Part shown: positions 40,352-49,860 of the stretch, piece by piece | Numbering within the stretch: the first letter of the stretch is position 1 | Layout: each line of letters opens with the position of its first letter | Assembly: GCA_003251635.1 (NCBI GenBank) | Contig: QKEW01000012.1 | Coordinates: forward strand, 53,333-117,332 | Direction of reading: 5' to 3' | Source: a bacterium | GTDB taxonomy: Bacteria; Patescibacteriota; Minisyncoccia; Moranbacterales; GWC2-37-73 | DNA length: 64,000 nucleotides | Translations under genes and position numbers: made by a program | Notes under the pieces: generated by a model | Told to the model about the DNA's origin: nothing | The model's input: only the letters and a program-made list of their open reading frames with translations | Database searches by the model: none

Positions 40352-42271
40352 TTATTTTTTCTCCTGATCGTCTTTTTTATCCTCTTCAACCTCGGCGTCT
40401 TTCGGTTTTTCTTCGCTGCCTTCGGTTTTCTTTTCTCCTTCAGCCCCAGCCGCCGGGCCTTGAGCTTCTTCACTGGCTTTATAGAGCTTTTCGCCAATCT
40501 TTTGCGCGACTGCACTCAAGCCTTCAGTCTTAGCCTTGATTTCTTCCAAGCTGTCGCCGTTTTTGACCTTGTTCAATTCTTCAATAGCTTCTTCAACCGG
40601 CTTTTTCTCTTCGGCGGTAATTTTATCCCCAGCATCCTTCAAAGCTTTTTCAGTGGTATAAACCAAAGTGTCCGCCATATTGCGCGCCTCGATCAATTCT
40701 TTCTTGCGCTTATCCTCTTCGGCATGCATTTCAGCTTCTTTGGTCATTCTTTCAATTTCCTCTTTGCTCACTCCAGAGGAAGCTTCAATCTTGATTGACT
40801 GTTCCTTGCCAGTCGCCTTATCTTTAGCAGTTACGTGCAAGATTCCGTTGGCATCAATATCAAAAGTCACTTCCACTTGCGGCACTCCGCGCGGAGCCGG
40901 TGGAATTCCATCCAACATAAACCTTCCCAAGGTTTTATTGTCAGTCGCCATCTCGCGTTCACCTTGAAGCACGTGAATTTCCACACTCGGTTGATTGTCA
41001 GCGGCGGTTGAGAAAATTTGCGATTTAGCGGTTGGCACAGTCGTGTTGCGGTCAATCAAAGGTGTACGAACCCCGCCCATAGTTTCGATTCCCAAAGTCA
41101 ATGGAGTCACATCCAAAAGCAACACATCCTTAACCGAACCTTCCAAAACTCCGCCTTGAATGGCTGCGCCCAAAGCCACGACTTCATCCGGATTAACTGT
41201 GATGTTTGGTTTTTTGCCAAAGAATTTTTCAACTGTTTGCAAAACCAAAGGCATTCTGGTCATTCCTCCCACCATCACTACTTCGTTGATTTTCTTAGCA
41301 TCCAATTTAGCATCCGCCAAAGCCTTCTTAACCGGTTCCAAAGTTTTTTCTACCAATTCACTCACCAATTCTTCCAATTTAGAGCGAGTCATTTTCATCA
41401 CTAAATGTTTCGGACCGCTGGCATCGGAAGTAATGAAGGGTTGGTTGATTTCCGTTTCCATGGAAGTTGAAAGTTCAATCTTAGCCTTTTCAGCTGCTTC
41501 TTTAATTCGTTGCAGCGCCAAAGGATCTTTGGATAAATCAATTCCCTCCTGTTTTTTGAATTCCTCCAAAATCCAACTGATGATTTTTTGATCAAAGTCG
41601 TCTCCACCCAAGTGCGTATCGCCATTGGTTGACTTCACTTCCACCGTATCATCGCCAACTTCCAAAATGGAAATATCAAAAGTTCCTCCTCCCAAATCAT
41701 AGACGGCAATTTTCTCATCTTTCTTCTTGTCAAAACCATAAGCCAAGGCGGCTGCTGTCGGCTCATTGATGATGCGACGCACTTTGAGTCCAGCAATTTC
41801 CCCAGCTTCTTTGGTAGCCTTTCGCTGTGAGTCATCAAAATAAGCTGGCACGGTGATCACGGCTTCTTCAATTTTTTCCCCCAATTTCTCTTCGGCATCC
41901 GCTTTAAGTTTTTGCAAAACCATGGCGGAAATTTCTCGTGGAGTATAGTCTTTGTCTCCCATGGTTACTTTCACTCCGCTTTCTGCTTTGACAATTTTGT
42001 AGGGTAAAATATCCAAATCCCTCTGTACTTCCGGATCCTCGAAACTTCTTCCAATCAAGCGCTTGATTGAATAAAGGGTGTTACCTGGATTGGTCACAGC
42101 TTGACGCTTGGCCAAAAGACCCACCAAACGCTCGTTGGTTTTGGAAATTGCCACCATTGAAGGTGTGGTACGATTTCCTTCTTTATTTTCGATAATTTCC
42201 GGTTTACCACCTGAGATCACCGCCATAGCACTGTTGGTTGTGCCCAAATCGATTCCTAAAATTTTTGCCAT
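40352..42271 (-). CDS. dnaK: chaperone DnaK (Hsp70)
   Basis: [18 protein letters not shown]..., DLGGGTFD, and the full Hsp70 architecture. The start was chosen at the [13 protein letters not shown] (42271), not the upstream ATG of the ORF track. Confidence 0.95.
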   Translation of the reverse strand: MAKILGIDLGTTNSAMAVISGGKPEIIENKEGNRTTPSMVAISKTNERLVGLLAKRQAVTNPGNTLYSIKRLIGRSFEDPEVQRDLDILPYKIVKAESGVKVTMGDKDYTPREISAMVLQKLKADAEEKLGEKIEEAVITVPAYFDDSQRKATKEAGEIAGLKVRRIINEPTAAALAYGFDKKKDEKIAVYDLGGGTFDISILEVGDDTVEVKSTNGDTHLGGDDFDQKIISWILEEFKKQEGIDLSKDPLALQRIKEAAEKAKIELSTSMETEINQPFITSDASGPKHLVMKMTRSKLEELVSELVEKTLEPVKKALADAKLDAKKINEVVMVGGMTRMPLVLQTVEKFFGKKPNITVNPDEVVALGAAIQGGVLEGSVKDVLLLDVTPLTLGIETMGGVRTPLIDRNTTVPTAKSQIFSTAADNQPSVEIHVLQGEREMATDNKTLGRFMLDGIPPAPRGVPQVEVTFDIDANGILHVTAKDKATGKEQSIKIEASSGVSKEEIERMTKEAEMHAEEDKRKKELIEARNMADTLVYTTEKALKDAGDKITAEEKKPVEEAIEELNKVKNGDSLEEIKAKTEGLSAVAQKIGEKLYKASEEAQGPAAGAEGEKKTEGSEEKPKDAEVEEDKKDDQEKK

Positions 42272-42447
42272 ATTATTTGCGAGAATTTTCATTTCATTTT
42301 GCCACAAAATGACATTCTCAAAATTAATTGTTTTTTATCTAAAAATTTATTATACTTAGATTAGTTATTTAGCTCTATCCGCTCTCTCAGCGCACGAACT
42401 GCCCGTGTGCTTTTCCGCCCCGTTGCCCACAAGGTGACGGGGAATTT

Positions 42448-43020
42448 TTATCCCACTATCACTTTTACCGGACGGATCACTTTCTCTCCAATCCGATACC
42501 CCTTTTGAATAATTTTTTTAATTTTATTTTCTAACTTATGAGCCTTATCCTCGTCATCATTTTTCTTGTCACTGCTTTCTTCCAAAGCTTCATGTAAATT
42601 CGGATCGAATTCATCTCCAATCCTAGCCTCAATTTCATTCACTCCGTTTTGCACCAAAACATCTTCCAATTGTTTTTGAATATACATAATTCCTTGCACC
42701 CAACCTCCACCCTGCTGATCCTCGGGCACATGCGCAGTCGCCGCATGAAAATTATCAATAACCGGAATAATTTGCAAAATCACGTTTTGAGCCGCATAGC
42801 GAATCAAGTCTTTTTGATTATCACTCTGGATTTTTTTGTAATTTTCAAAATCCGCCTGACATCTTTTCCAACCCTCCAAATATTCCTTGCTCTTCTTTTC
42901 CAATTCAGAAATCTCCTGACCCTGTTCAACCACAATTTCCTCTTCCACGTCTTTGAGATCTTTTGCCTCCTCTTTGGAATCTGTTTTTTTAAAAGGTTTC
43001 TTTTTCATATTTATTATCAA
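42448..43020 (-). CDS. grpE: nucleotide exchange factor GrpE
   Basis: RCQADFENYKK motif (RxxADFENYRKR-type) and a long N-terminal acidic coiled coil. Confidence 0.85.
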   Translation of the reverse strand: MIINMKKKPFKKTDSKEEAKDLKDVEEEIVVEQGQEISELEKKSKEYLEGWKRCQADFENYKKIQSDNQKDLIRYAAQNVILQIIPVIDNFHAATAHVPEDQQGGGWVQGIMYIQKQLEDVLVQNGVNEIEARIGDEFDPNLHEALEESSDKKNDDEDKAHKLENKIKKIIQKGYRIGEKVIRPVKVIVG

Positions 43021-43028
43021 TTTAGTAC

Positions 43029-43769
43029 TTAAATAATATTTACAAAAATTATCATTACCATCGCTCCACCCAACATTTTGCGGACATATTCGATGATTGA
43101 TTTATTTTTGGCGTATTTCATCCTTTTCGGACCAATCAAAGCCAAAATCCCTTTTTCTCCATCTTTAGTTTGATAGGGCGAAACAATCATGGAACAATTG
43201 GAAATTTCTCCAATCGGATTTTCCTGACCAATATAAATTTTGGTTTCATTTTCTCCCAACTCTCCGATCAATTTATCAAATTTTTCATCAATATAATCCA
43301 GAGCTTCCACCAAACGACAAACTTCATCAATTTCTCGAAACTCCGGTTGCTCCATCAATTCCTTCATACCAAAATCAAAAAATTCATCTCGGCCTGAACC
43401 GCTAATGGCCAAATTACCGGATAGATGCGAAATCAATTTAGCCATGGTTCGAGTCAAGCGGGTGTTTTGAGCTTTGAGTTTCAGAAATTCTTTTTGCAGT
43501 TTTTGTTGTTCAACTCGCGACAGTTCTTTGTCGCCCATAATCTCCTCGACAAAATAACGATAACCCTTATCAGTTGGAATGCGTCCAGCGCTGATGTGTG
43601 GCTGGTAAAGAAAACCTTCTTCTTCCAACTCAGACATATCGGCTCGGATAGTGGCACTGCTAACGCCAAAATCATAATTCTCGACCAAAAAAGCTGAACC
43701 AACCGGTACTGCATTTTTGGTGTATTCCTCAATCACCGCCGCTAAAATTTTTTCTTGTCGAGTATTCAT
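43029..43769 (-). CDS. hrcA: heat-inducible transcription repressor HrcA (short form, 246 aa)
   Basis: N-terminal winged helix ILAAVIEEYTKNAVPVGSAFLVENYDFGVSSATIRADMSELEEEGFLYQPHISAGRIPTDKGYRYFV. A perfect CIRCE sits immediately upstream. Confidence 0.8.
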   Translation of the reverse strand: MNTRQEKILAAVIEEYTKNAVPVGSAFLVENYDFGVSSATIRADMSELEEEGFLYQPHISAGRIPTDKGYRYFVEEIMGDKELSRVEQQKLQKEFLKLKAQNTRLTRTMAKLISHLSGNLAISGSGRDEFFDFGMKELMEQPEFREIDEVCRLVEALDYIDEKFDKLIGELGENETKIYIGQENPIGEISNCSMIVSPYQTKDGEKGILALIGPKRMKYAKNKSIIEYVRKMLGGAMVMIIFVNII

Positions 43770-43801
43770 AAATTTAGTTCAATTTCATTATAATTCATCC
43801 A

Positions 43802-43828
43802 TTAGCACTCGTCAAGTGCGAGTGCTAA
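43802..43828. promoter_or_regulatory. CIRCE operator (perfect) upstream of hrcA-grpE-dnaK
   Basis: TTAGCACTC-GTCAAGTGC-GAGTGCTAA, 33 nt upstream of the hrcA start codon. Confidence 0.88.
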
Positions 43829-43844
43829 TTGGGAAAACAAGGCA

Positions 43845-43884
43845 TGAAAAAACCGCCCTAGATTAAACTTCGATCTAGGGCGGC
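43845..43884 (-). terminator. rho-independent terminator ending the small-ORF cassette
   Basis: CCGCCCTAGAT-N9-ATCTAGGGCGG hairpin, followed on the minus strand by TTTTTT. Confidence 0.6.
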
Positions 43885-43909
43885 TTATAAAATATACAAT
43901 ACCCCTTAT

Positions 43910-44074
43910 CTATACAACTATGGTTTCATGTTCCAGAAAATGACAATTTGTGCATCCGTCACAATCTTCCGGATGCTTTTCCAAAACTTCCATTGCTAAC
44001 GACAGAGGCATTTCTGCCTCTAGTTGTTGACAATGTACCGTTTTCTCAACAACCCCGCCATCAACTACACACAT
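43910..44074 (-). CDS. small Cys/His-rich protein (54 aa), function unknown
   Basis: AAGGAG 8 nt upstream of ATG. Product MCVVDGGVVEKTVHCQQLEAEMPLSLAMEVLEKHPEDCDGCTNCHFLEHETIVV. It falls below the ORF-track size cutoff. Confidence 0.45.
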   Translation of the reverse strand: MCVVDGGVVEKTVHCQQLEAEMPLSLAMEVLEKHPEDCDGCTNCHFLEHETIVV

Positions 44075-44088
44075 CAGCACATCTCCTT

Positions 44089-44219
44089 TTATGTGAGACG
44101 CAAGTAGCCCCGGCAGTTAACACAATGCTTTGTGGTTCCGGTGCATTCCGTATTGCCAGAACCACCTACGCACGGGACAAGATTAGTGACCGCCTTCTTA
44201 AATTCTTTCCTTTTTGCCA
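44089..44219 (-). CDS. small Cys-rich protein (43 aa), function unknown
   Basis: GGAG 8 nt upstream of ATG. Product MAKRKEFKKAVTNLVPCVGGSGNTECTGTTKHCVNCRGYLRLT (C-x9-C ... C-x2-C). Its stop overlaps the RBS of the next small ORF. Confidence 0.45.
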
Positions 44220-44287
44220 TGTTCTTTTCTCCAATCTCTTGAGAGTTTAGAAAAATCGCCACAATATAAATGGCGGGCGAAAATATC

Positions 44288-44521
44288 TCAAAAAAAGTTT
44301 CTCACTTTCCTGTGGGAACAATTATTGCAACCATTGAGCTGAATTACTTTGTCATTTTTTGCAAGCGAGATCCACTTATCATATCTTCGCTTGCAAGTTG
44401 CATCGTTATATTTGACTTTTTCATCCAAATAACATTTTTTCTTTATTTGATTAGCTCCATGGGGTTTCTTGTTTTTTTTGAAATAGCTTGACATACCTGA
44501 TGCATCATCACCTCCACACAC
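44288..44521 (-). CDS. small Lys-rich, Cys-containing protein (68-77 aa), start uncertain
   Basis: ...MSSYFKKNKKPHGANQIKKKCYLDEKVKYNDATCKRRYDKWISLAKNDKVIQLNGCNNCSHRKVRNFF (C-x12-C ... C-x2-C, zinc-ribbon-like spacing). The ORF-track start is GTG at 44521; an ATG at 44494 is also possible. Confidence 0.3.
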   Translation of the reverse strand: MCGGDDASGMSSYFKKNKKPHGANQIKKKCYLDEKVKYNDATCKRRYDKWISLAKNDKVIQLNGCNNCSHRKVRNFF

Positions 44522-44635
44522 AAAAAAGGTTAAAAAGATTTATCAGAAAAACAAATAATGCCTTCCATATTCTAAATTTTTAAAGATCCAACCACTATCT
44601 TTAAAAAATAACTTTCAACTAAAATTTTTTCTTTT

Positions 44636-44881
44636 TTACTTTTTTGGTACCGGATCATAACCACCCTCATTCCAAGGATGACAGCGTAACACTCGCTTAC
44701 TGCCCAATCTTAAACCTTTCCAAACCCCAAACCGTTCCACTGCTTCAAAAGTGTATTGTGAACAGGTTGGATGAAAACGACAAACTCGCGTCGGCCAAAT
44801 TTTTGATAGCCAACCCGAGTCCAGAGAAAGGGTTTTTTGATAGAGCTTGATCAACAACAAAACAATCTTTCGTAACTTCAT
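44636..44881 (-). CDS. yidD: membrane protein insertion efficiency factor YidD
   Basis: [46 protein letters not shown] matches the YidD signature. Confidence 0.8.
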   Translation of the reverse strand: MKLRKIVLLLIKLYQKTLSLDSGWLSKIWPTRVCRFHPTCSQYTFEAVERFGVWKGLRLGSKRVLRCHPWNEGGYDPVPKK

Positions 44882-44979
44882 ATTATCTTAAAGATTAAAC
44901 CTTTTTTCTCACTTTGTCAACCAGGCTTTTCGTTGTATAATAAAGAGGATCCCAAACACAAAAACCTTAATACAATCTC

Positions 44980-45888
44980 ATGAAAAGAATCCAGTTTGAA
45001 AACCTGACCTGGCTCAACTTTGAAAATCCCTCGGCCGACAACATCGTCTATCTGCAAGAAAATTTCAAAATTCATCCATTGGCCATCGATGAATTCATTA
45101 CCCCAACCATTCGACCGCGGGCCACTCAATACAAAAATTGTCTTTTTTTGACTGTGCACATCCCACTTTTTGATACCAAAACCCGAACCACCTACCCGGG
45201 AGAATTGGATATCGTGCTGACCAAAGATCATCTAATCACGGGACACAAAGAAAAAATTCACCAATTGACTGATTTTTTCAGGGATCTAGCTGAGAGTCCC
45301 AAGCTGCAAAAAAAGCACATGGCCAAAAGTCCGGCTCATCTTTTGCATCAAATTCTTTCAATTTTGCTTGATAGTTGTTTTCCCCGTCTTGATCATATCC
45401 ATGAAAATCTTTTGGAAATTGAAACTCAGGTTTTCAATGGCCAAGAAAAAGAAATGGTTTTTGAAATTTCAGTGGTTAAAAGAGATATCCTCAATTTTCG
45501 TCGCACCCTCAAACCTCAGCGTTCAGTTTTGGAATCTCTGACTCAAAAAGACATGCCTTTTGTTCCGGAAGACATCAAGCCTTATTTTTTCGATCTGATC
45601 GGTACCAACATTCGTCTTTGGAATTCATTGGAATCCAACAAGGAAACCATTGAATCTTTGGAAGAGACCAACAATTCACTGCTTTCCAACAAGCTGAACT
45701 TGACCATGAAAGTTTTGACCATTTTTTCAGCCATCATGCTTCCCATGACTGTTTATTCCAACGTCCTGGCCATGAGCGCCGACATTCCGTTTGGTAAAAA
45801 TCCCTACGGTTTTTGGATCCACATGGTTATCATGGGCATCATCTCCCTCTTCACAATTTCAGTTTTCAAAGCTAGGAAGTGGTTTTAG
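44980..45888 (+). CDS. CorA-family divalent cation channel with non-canonical selectivity motif (AMS instead of GMN)
   Basis: Cytoplasmic alpha/beta domain plus two C-terminal TM helices. YSNVLAMSADIPFGKNPYGFW sits where the YGMNF...MPEL signature is expected (nt 45769-45777 encode AMS). Confidence 0.7.
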   Translation: MKRIQFENLTWLNFENPSADNIVYLQENFKIHPLAIDEFITPTIRPRATQYKNCLFLTVHIPLFDTKTRTTYPGELDIVLTKDHLITGHKEKIHQLTDFFRDLAESPKLQKKHMAKSPAHLLHQILSILLDSCFPRLDHIHENLLEIETQVFNGQEKEMVFEISVVKRDILNFRRTLKPQRSVLESLTQKDMPFVPEDIKPYFFDLIGTNIRLWNSLESNKETIESLEETNNSLLSNKLNLTMKVLTIFSAIMLPMTVYSNVLAMSADIPFGKNPYGFWIHMVIMGIISLFTISVFKARKWF

Positions 45889-46182
45889 GCATTTTTTTAT
45901 TTAAATAAAAAGAGACGATGCGCAGAATCATCCACGCACCGCCTGAAATTTCATTTATTTCCAGGCTCTTCCTCATCTACAAAAGATACCCGAATTCATC
46001 TTTCACCCTCGCCATTTTTTGCTTTTAAATAATCAACGATTTTCATAAAAATCCTCCTTAATTCCTTGATGTTGATTATTAACATATCTATTATCTATTC
46101 CGTATTTTTGCCACAACCATTGTGACTTTGTATCATACACCATTTTTCCGAATTTGTCAATAGCTTGACGGAAAAATGGCTT

Positions 46183-46222
46183 AAAAAAAAGAACGTTTTG
46201 GTCATTGCCAACGTTCCTTTTT
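46183..46222. terminator. hairpin plus T-run (bidirectional terminator candidate)
   Basis: GAACGTT-N12-AACGTTC followed by TTTTT; an A-run precedes it, so it also works for the opposite strand. Confidence 0.45.
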
Positions 46223-46611
46223 CAATAAATTTTAATTTTTTTGTCTTTAAAAATTTTTGACTCTGACATTTTATGCAAAGCCATGCGCGCATCCGGAAAA
46301 GAGTGGAAAACCCCCAGTCGAATTATACCGTTTTTAGATTTCAAACAGGCAAAATAATGCCTTTTCACTATTCCCAATTGCATCTTATCCAACATTCCAT
46401 CCAAGCACCAAACAACAAAGATTTTTTCCGATCCAGAGAAGCAACTAACGATCCGAACTGGAAATATTTCAGCCTCGCCCCTGACGTCTCTCAAAAAATT
46501 TTCAATATCCATCAAAACCTCTCCTCTTATATCTTTTCTATTTAGAATTTGATATTTCCAAGTAATTCGCCCACCTCTCCTGATTTTGTAAAATTTCAGC
46601 CTCTGCCCCAT
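46222..46611 (-). CDS. hypothetical protein (97-129 aa)
   Basis: No recognisable motif; possibly starts at the internal MDIENFLRDV. It is divergent from cysS. Confidence 0.3.
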   Translation of the reverse strand: MGQRLKFYKIRRGGRITWKYQILNRKDIRGEVLMDIENFLRDVRGEAEIFPVRIVSCFSGSEKIFVVWCLDGMLDKMQLGIVKRHYFACLKSKNGIIRLGVFHSFPDARMALHKMSESKIFKDKKIKIY

Positions 46612-46683
46612 TTTTAGCTGAGCATTTTCAAGCCACTGATTCTATGCTAGCATAAAGTTGGAATATCCGAAATAAACGTCCCT

Positions 46684-48111
46684 ATGCTAAAGTTATATAA
46701 CACTCTTACCAAACAAAAAGAAGTTTTCGAACCGCTCAATCCCGGCAAAGTTTCCATGTATGTTTGCGGACCGACAGTCTACGATTTTGTTCACATTGGC
46801 AACATTCGATCCTATCTTTTTTCCGACACTCTCCGGCGCTATCTGGCCTATCTCGGCTTTGAAGTCAAAATGATCAAAAACATCACCGACGTTGGGCACC
46901 TAACCGAAGATTCCCAGGGTCAAGGTGACAGCGGCGAAGATAAAATTACCCGCAAAGCTCAAGCCGAAAAAAAGACGCCAGAAGAAATCGCCCGTTTTTT
47001 TGAAAAAGATTTTCATCAAGTCGAAGAAAAAATGAACATTCTGCCAGCCCAATACTTTCCTCGCGCCACCGCCCACATTGACCAGATGATTAAAATTGTC
47101 GAAAAACTTTTGGAAAAAGGTCATGCCTATAAAAAAAATGGCAATGTTTTTTTTGACGTAACCAGCTTTCCCGATTATGGACAACTTTCCGGCAACACTT
47201 TGGAAAATCTCAAGGTCGGCGCCCGCGTCGAAGAACACCCGGACAAGAAAAATCCTTGGGATTTCGCCCTCTGGATCAAAGCTCCCAAAGAACATATTTT
47301 GAAATGGTCATCACCTTGGTCGATCGGCTATCCCGGTTGGCACATTGAATGCTCGGCCATGAGTACTGAATATCTGGGCAGCACCATCGACATTCACACT
47401 GGCGGCGAAGATAACATTTTTCCTCATCACGAAGCTGAGATCGCCCAAACCCAGTGTTACAGCGGTCAAAAATTCGTCCACTATTGGCTCCACGCCCGTC
47501 ACCTTTTGATGAACGGCGAAAAGATGAGCAAATCCAAGGGTAATCTTTTTACCTTACCAGATATTATCAAAAAAGGATTCTCTCCAATGGATCTTCGCAT
47601 GCTTTTTCTCTCTTCGCACTATCGCTCACCTTTGGATTTTTCCTGGGAAGCTTTGGAACAAGCCAAAAAGAATTTGCAAAAAATCAATGATTTCGTTTTG
47701 GAATTGGAAATCGTGGCCAAACAAAAAAAATCCGGCCAGGATCCGAATTTGGAAAATTTCGGCACTGAAATTGAAAAAGCTCTGAATGATGATCTCAATA
47801 CTCCGTTGGCCCTGAGTTTCCTTTATTCACTAATCAGTGAAACCCACAAACTTTTATCCAATAATTCTCTCTCGTCTCAAAGTGCTCAAGAAATTTTGAG
47901 TTTTTGGCAAAAAATAAATTTGGTTTTTGGTTTTATTTTGCAAGGCCAAGCTCAAATCCCCAAAGAAATTCAACAAATCGCAGAGGATAGACAAAAAGCT
48001 CGCCAACAAAAAGATTTTCAAAAATCTGATCAGCTCCGCGATCTCTTGGAGCAAAAAGGTTTCCTAATTGAAGATTCCGGCGAAGGCTACAAAATCCGCA
48101 GCAAAAAATAA
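46684..48111 (+). CDS. cysS: cysteinyl-tRNA synthetase
   Basis: CGPTVYDFVHIGN (HIGH), zinc-binding Cys, KMSKSKGN (KMSKS), and the DALR-type anticodon-binding C-terminus. Confidence 0.92.
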   Translation: MLKLYNTLTKQKEVFEPLNPGKVSMYVCGPTVYDFVHIGNIRSYLFSDTLRRYLAYLGFEVKMIKNITDVGHLTEDSQGQGDSGEDKITRKAQAEKKTPEEIARFFEKDFHQVEEKMNILPAQYFPRATAHIDQMIKIVEKLLEKGHAYKKNGNVFFDVTSFPDYGQLSGNTLENLKVGARVEEHPDKKNPWDFALWIKAPKEHILKWSSPWSIGYPGWHIECSAMSTEYLGSTIDIHTGGEDNIFPHHEAEIAQTQCYSGQKFVHYWLHARHLLMNGEKMSKSKGNLFTLPDIIKKGFSPMDLRMLFLSSHYRSPLDFSWEALEQAKKNLQKINDFVLELEIVAKQKKSGQDPNLENFGTEIEKALNDDLNTPLALSFLYSLISETHKLLSNNSLSSQSAQEILSFWQKINLVFGFILQGQAQIPKEIQQIAEDRQKARQQKDFQKSDQLRDLLEQKGFLIEDSGEGYKIRSKK

Positions 48112-48121
48112 TTTTTATTTT

Positions 48122-48179
48122 CGTACGTACGCTTGTCCGTACGGTCGTACTGACTAACGTACGTACGTTTTTTATTTTT
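48122..48179 (+). terminator. rho-independent terminator built from two copies of the self-complementary decamer CGTACGTACG
   Basis: CGTACGTACG ... CGTACGTACG followed by TTTTTTATTTTT, directly after the cysS stop. Confidence 0.6.
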
Positions 48180-48238
48180 CAGATATAGCAAACCCCCCGT
48201 CCGACTTTCCGAACGAGGGATTTATAGTATAAATGGCA

Positions 48239-48268
48239 AAGGGTCTTTGATTTTAATCAAAGACCCTT
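48239..48268. repeat. perfect 12- to 14-bp inverted repeat hairpin AAGGGTCTTTGATT/AATCAAAGACCCTT
   Basis: Seen directly. It lies downstream (on minus) of the small ORF 48302-48424 and is probably a second terminator. Confidence 0.4.
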
Positions 48269-48301
48269 CATTTTATGCTTGTCGTTTTCTTATTTTATTT
48301 T

Positions 48302-48424
48302 TTTATTTTTTTGTGGAATATTAGACCGGTTGGAACAAAAATATCCAACACTAAAAGAAAAATTCCCAAATAGCAAAAACCCTTGACTACCATCCAGCCC
48401 AATGCAACCCAGTCAGTCATGTTC
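48302..48424 (-). CDS. small hydrophobic peptide (41 aa)
   Basis: AAGGAG 9 nt upstream of ATG. Product MTDWVALGWMVVKGFCYLGIFLLVLDIFVPTGLIFHKKIKK. It lies immediately downstream of the DsbA-like gene. Confidence 0.3.
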
Positions 48425-48450
48425 CAATCTCCTTCTTTTTCCCTTATCGT

Positions 48451-49515
48451 TTATTTATTTAATTGCTCGTCAATCAGAGCCTTGAAGTCCTCATAGGTAG
48501 TCAAACCACCCACAAATTCATCTCCCACAAAAGCTGCAGGGGTTCCGCTGATTCCAAAGTCTTGGGCCGCTTGAACACTAGCATCAATCTTGTCTTGATA
48601 TTTAGCTGAATCCAAACATTCATTAAATTGCGTTGCGTTTAAACCAAGTTGACGGGCATAGGCTTTAAAAATTTGAGTGTCCTTGCTTGCGCCCCAGTCA
48701 TCCTGCGAAGAGAAAAGCTTATTGGCATAGTCCAAGAATTTTCCTTGTTCGTTAGCACATTCGCTAGCTAGAGCAGCGCTATTGGCTTGCAAATGAAAAC
48801 TCAAAGGCATCTGCTTGTACACGAAATAAACCTTATCGCCGTATTCCTTTAAAATTGGTTCGATCACGGTTGTGTGCATTTTGCTGCAGTAAGGACATTG
48901 AAAATCAGAATATTGAATGATGGTTACTTTATCATCTGATTGCTCACCTATTTTAATGTCATCTTCATTGATTTGAGGAGCTTCTATGTATTTGCAAGAA
49001 GCAATTCCAATCGCTTCAGAACTTAGCAAATATTGATCATCTTTCTTTTTGAAAACACTTTGAGCCTGAGGAAAAATTACTGATTCTTCAACTTCTTTAG
49101 AGAAAACAAAGAATGGAACTGATTTTATTTCATACTTTTCCGCTAGCATTTTGCCTTCTTCAGAATTGATATCTATCTTGTTTACCGCTACGGTTGGCAA
49201 ATCAGTTTTCAAAGCCAAGATAGCCTGAGAAACATCACAACTCTCAGAAGAATCGTCAGTTAAAACTTCTACGTTAATCATCGGCTCATCATAGGCCACC
49301 CAAGTTTTATCGTCCAAAGTAAAAACATCCGCTCCGTTTAGAACTTTTTGAGAAAAACCTTCGCTACGGAACATCTGAGCCACATCCACAAAAAGACTAC
49401 CCACAAAAAGACCACCCAATAAAATTGAAAGTGAAACCAAGTTCTTAACCAAATTTTTATTCTCTTTCTTTGAATGCGATTTTTCCTCCTTTTTTTGTTT
49501 ATCCTGCGTTTCCAT
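48451..49515 (-). CDS. membrane-anchored DsbA-family thiol:disulfide oxidoreductase
   Basis: N-terminal TM helix and a thioredoxin-fold domain with the CPYC active site (FQCPYCSKMH). Confidence 0.7.
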   Translation of the reverse strand: METQDKQKKEEKSHSKKENKNLVKNLVSLSILLGGLFVGSLFVDVAQMFRSEGFSQKVLNGADVFTLDDKTWVAYDEPMINVEVLTDDSSESCDVSQAILALKTDLPTVAVNKIDINSEEGKMLAEKYEIKSVPFFVFSKEVEESVIFPQAQSVFKKKDDQYLLSSEAIGIASCKYIEAPQINEDDIKIGEQSDDKVTIIQYSDFQCPYCSKMHTTVIEPILKEYGDKVYFVYKQMPLSFHLQANSAALASECANEQGKFLDYANKLFSSQDDWGASKDTQIFKAYARQLGLNATQFNECLDSAKYQDKIDASVQAAQDFGISGTPAAFVGDEFVGGLTTYEDFKALIDEQLNK

Positions 49516-49557
49516 ATTTTTTATTATTAATAATTTCTAGTTAGCCTGAACTTTTCT

Positions 49558-49860
49558 TTATTCTTGAGCCTCTTCAACATTCTGCTCAGTTTCAGTTGTC
49601 TCTTGCTCCTCCATAGCCTCTTTTTGAGCCTGTTCTATCATATCAGCTTTCAATTGAGAAACATTATAATCATCAATTGCGGTCTTTACCTTGTAGTCAT
49701 TATAACCAATTGTAATTTTCTTTACAGCCTCACTTTTCAAAGTAATTCCCAACAAGATTCCCAACACAAAAAAAGAAATTAACTCGATTTTCAAGTCCCG
49801 TCTGGCTTTGCGAGCTTCCAAAACTTCGTCCGTCGAATTTTTTATGGCGTCCTTTTCCAT
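49558..49860 (-). CDS. small membrane protein with acidic C-terminus, hypothetical
   Basis: 100 aa, one TM helix. Confidence 0.3.
   Translation of the reverse strand: MEKDAIKNSTDEVLEARKARRDLKIELISFFVLGILLGITLKSEAVKKITIGYNDYKVKTAIDDYNVSQLKADMIEQAQKEAMEEQETTETEQNVEEAQE

Noticed and set aside
40460-41591. Several 100-140-aa ORFs antisense to dnaK
   Set aside because: They lie entirely within the highly conserved dnaK coding region on the opposite strand. These are antisense artefacts typical of long genes.
43948-44250. Plus-strand 100-aa ORF in the hrcA-yidD gap; also considered tmRNA, SRP or 6S RNA here
   Set aside because: The plus ORF has low-complexity, non-protein-like composition and no RBS. 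No tmRNA tag-reading frame, 3' tRNA-like end or SRP domain IV motif was found. Minus-strand small ORFs with strong SD sites explain the region better.
45960-46050. 16-codon minus-strand ORF with AGGAGG RBS (MKIVDYLKAKNGEGER)
   Set aside because: Too short to support. It may be a chance SD-ATG pairing in an AT-rich spacer.
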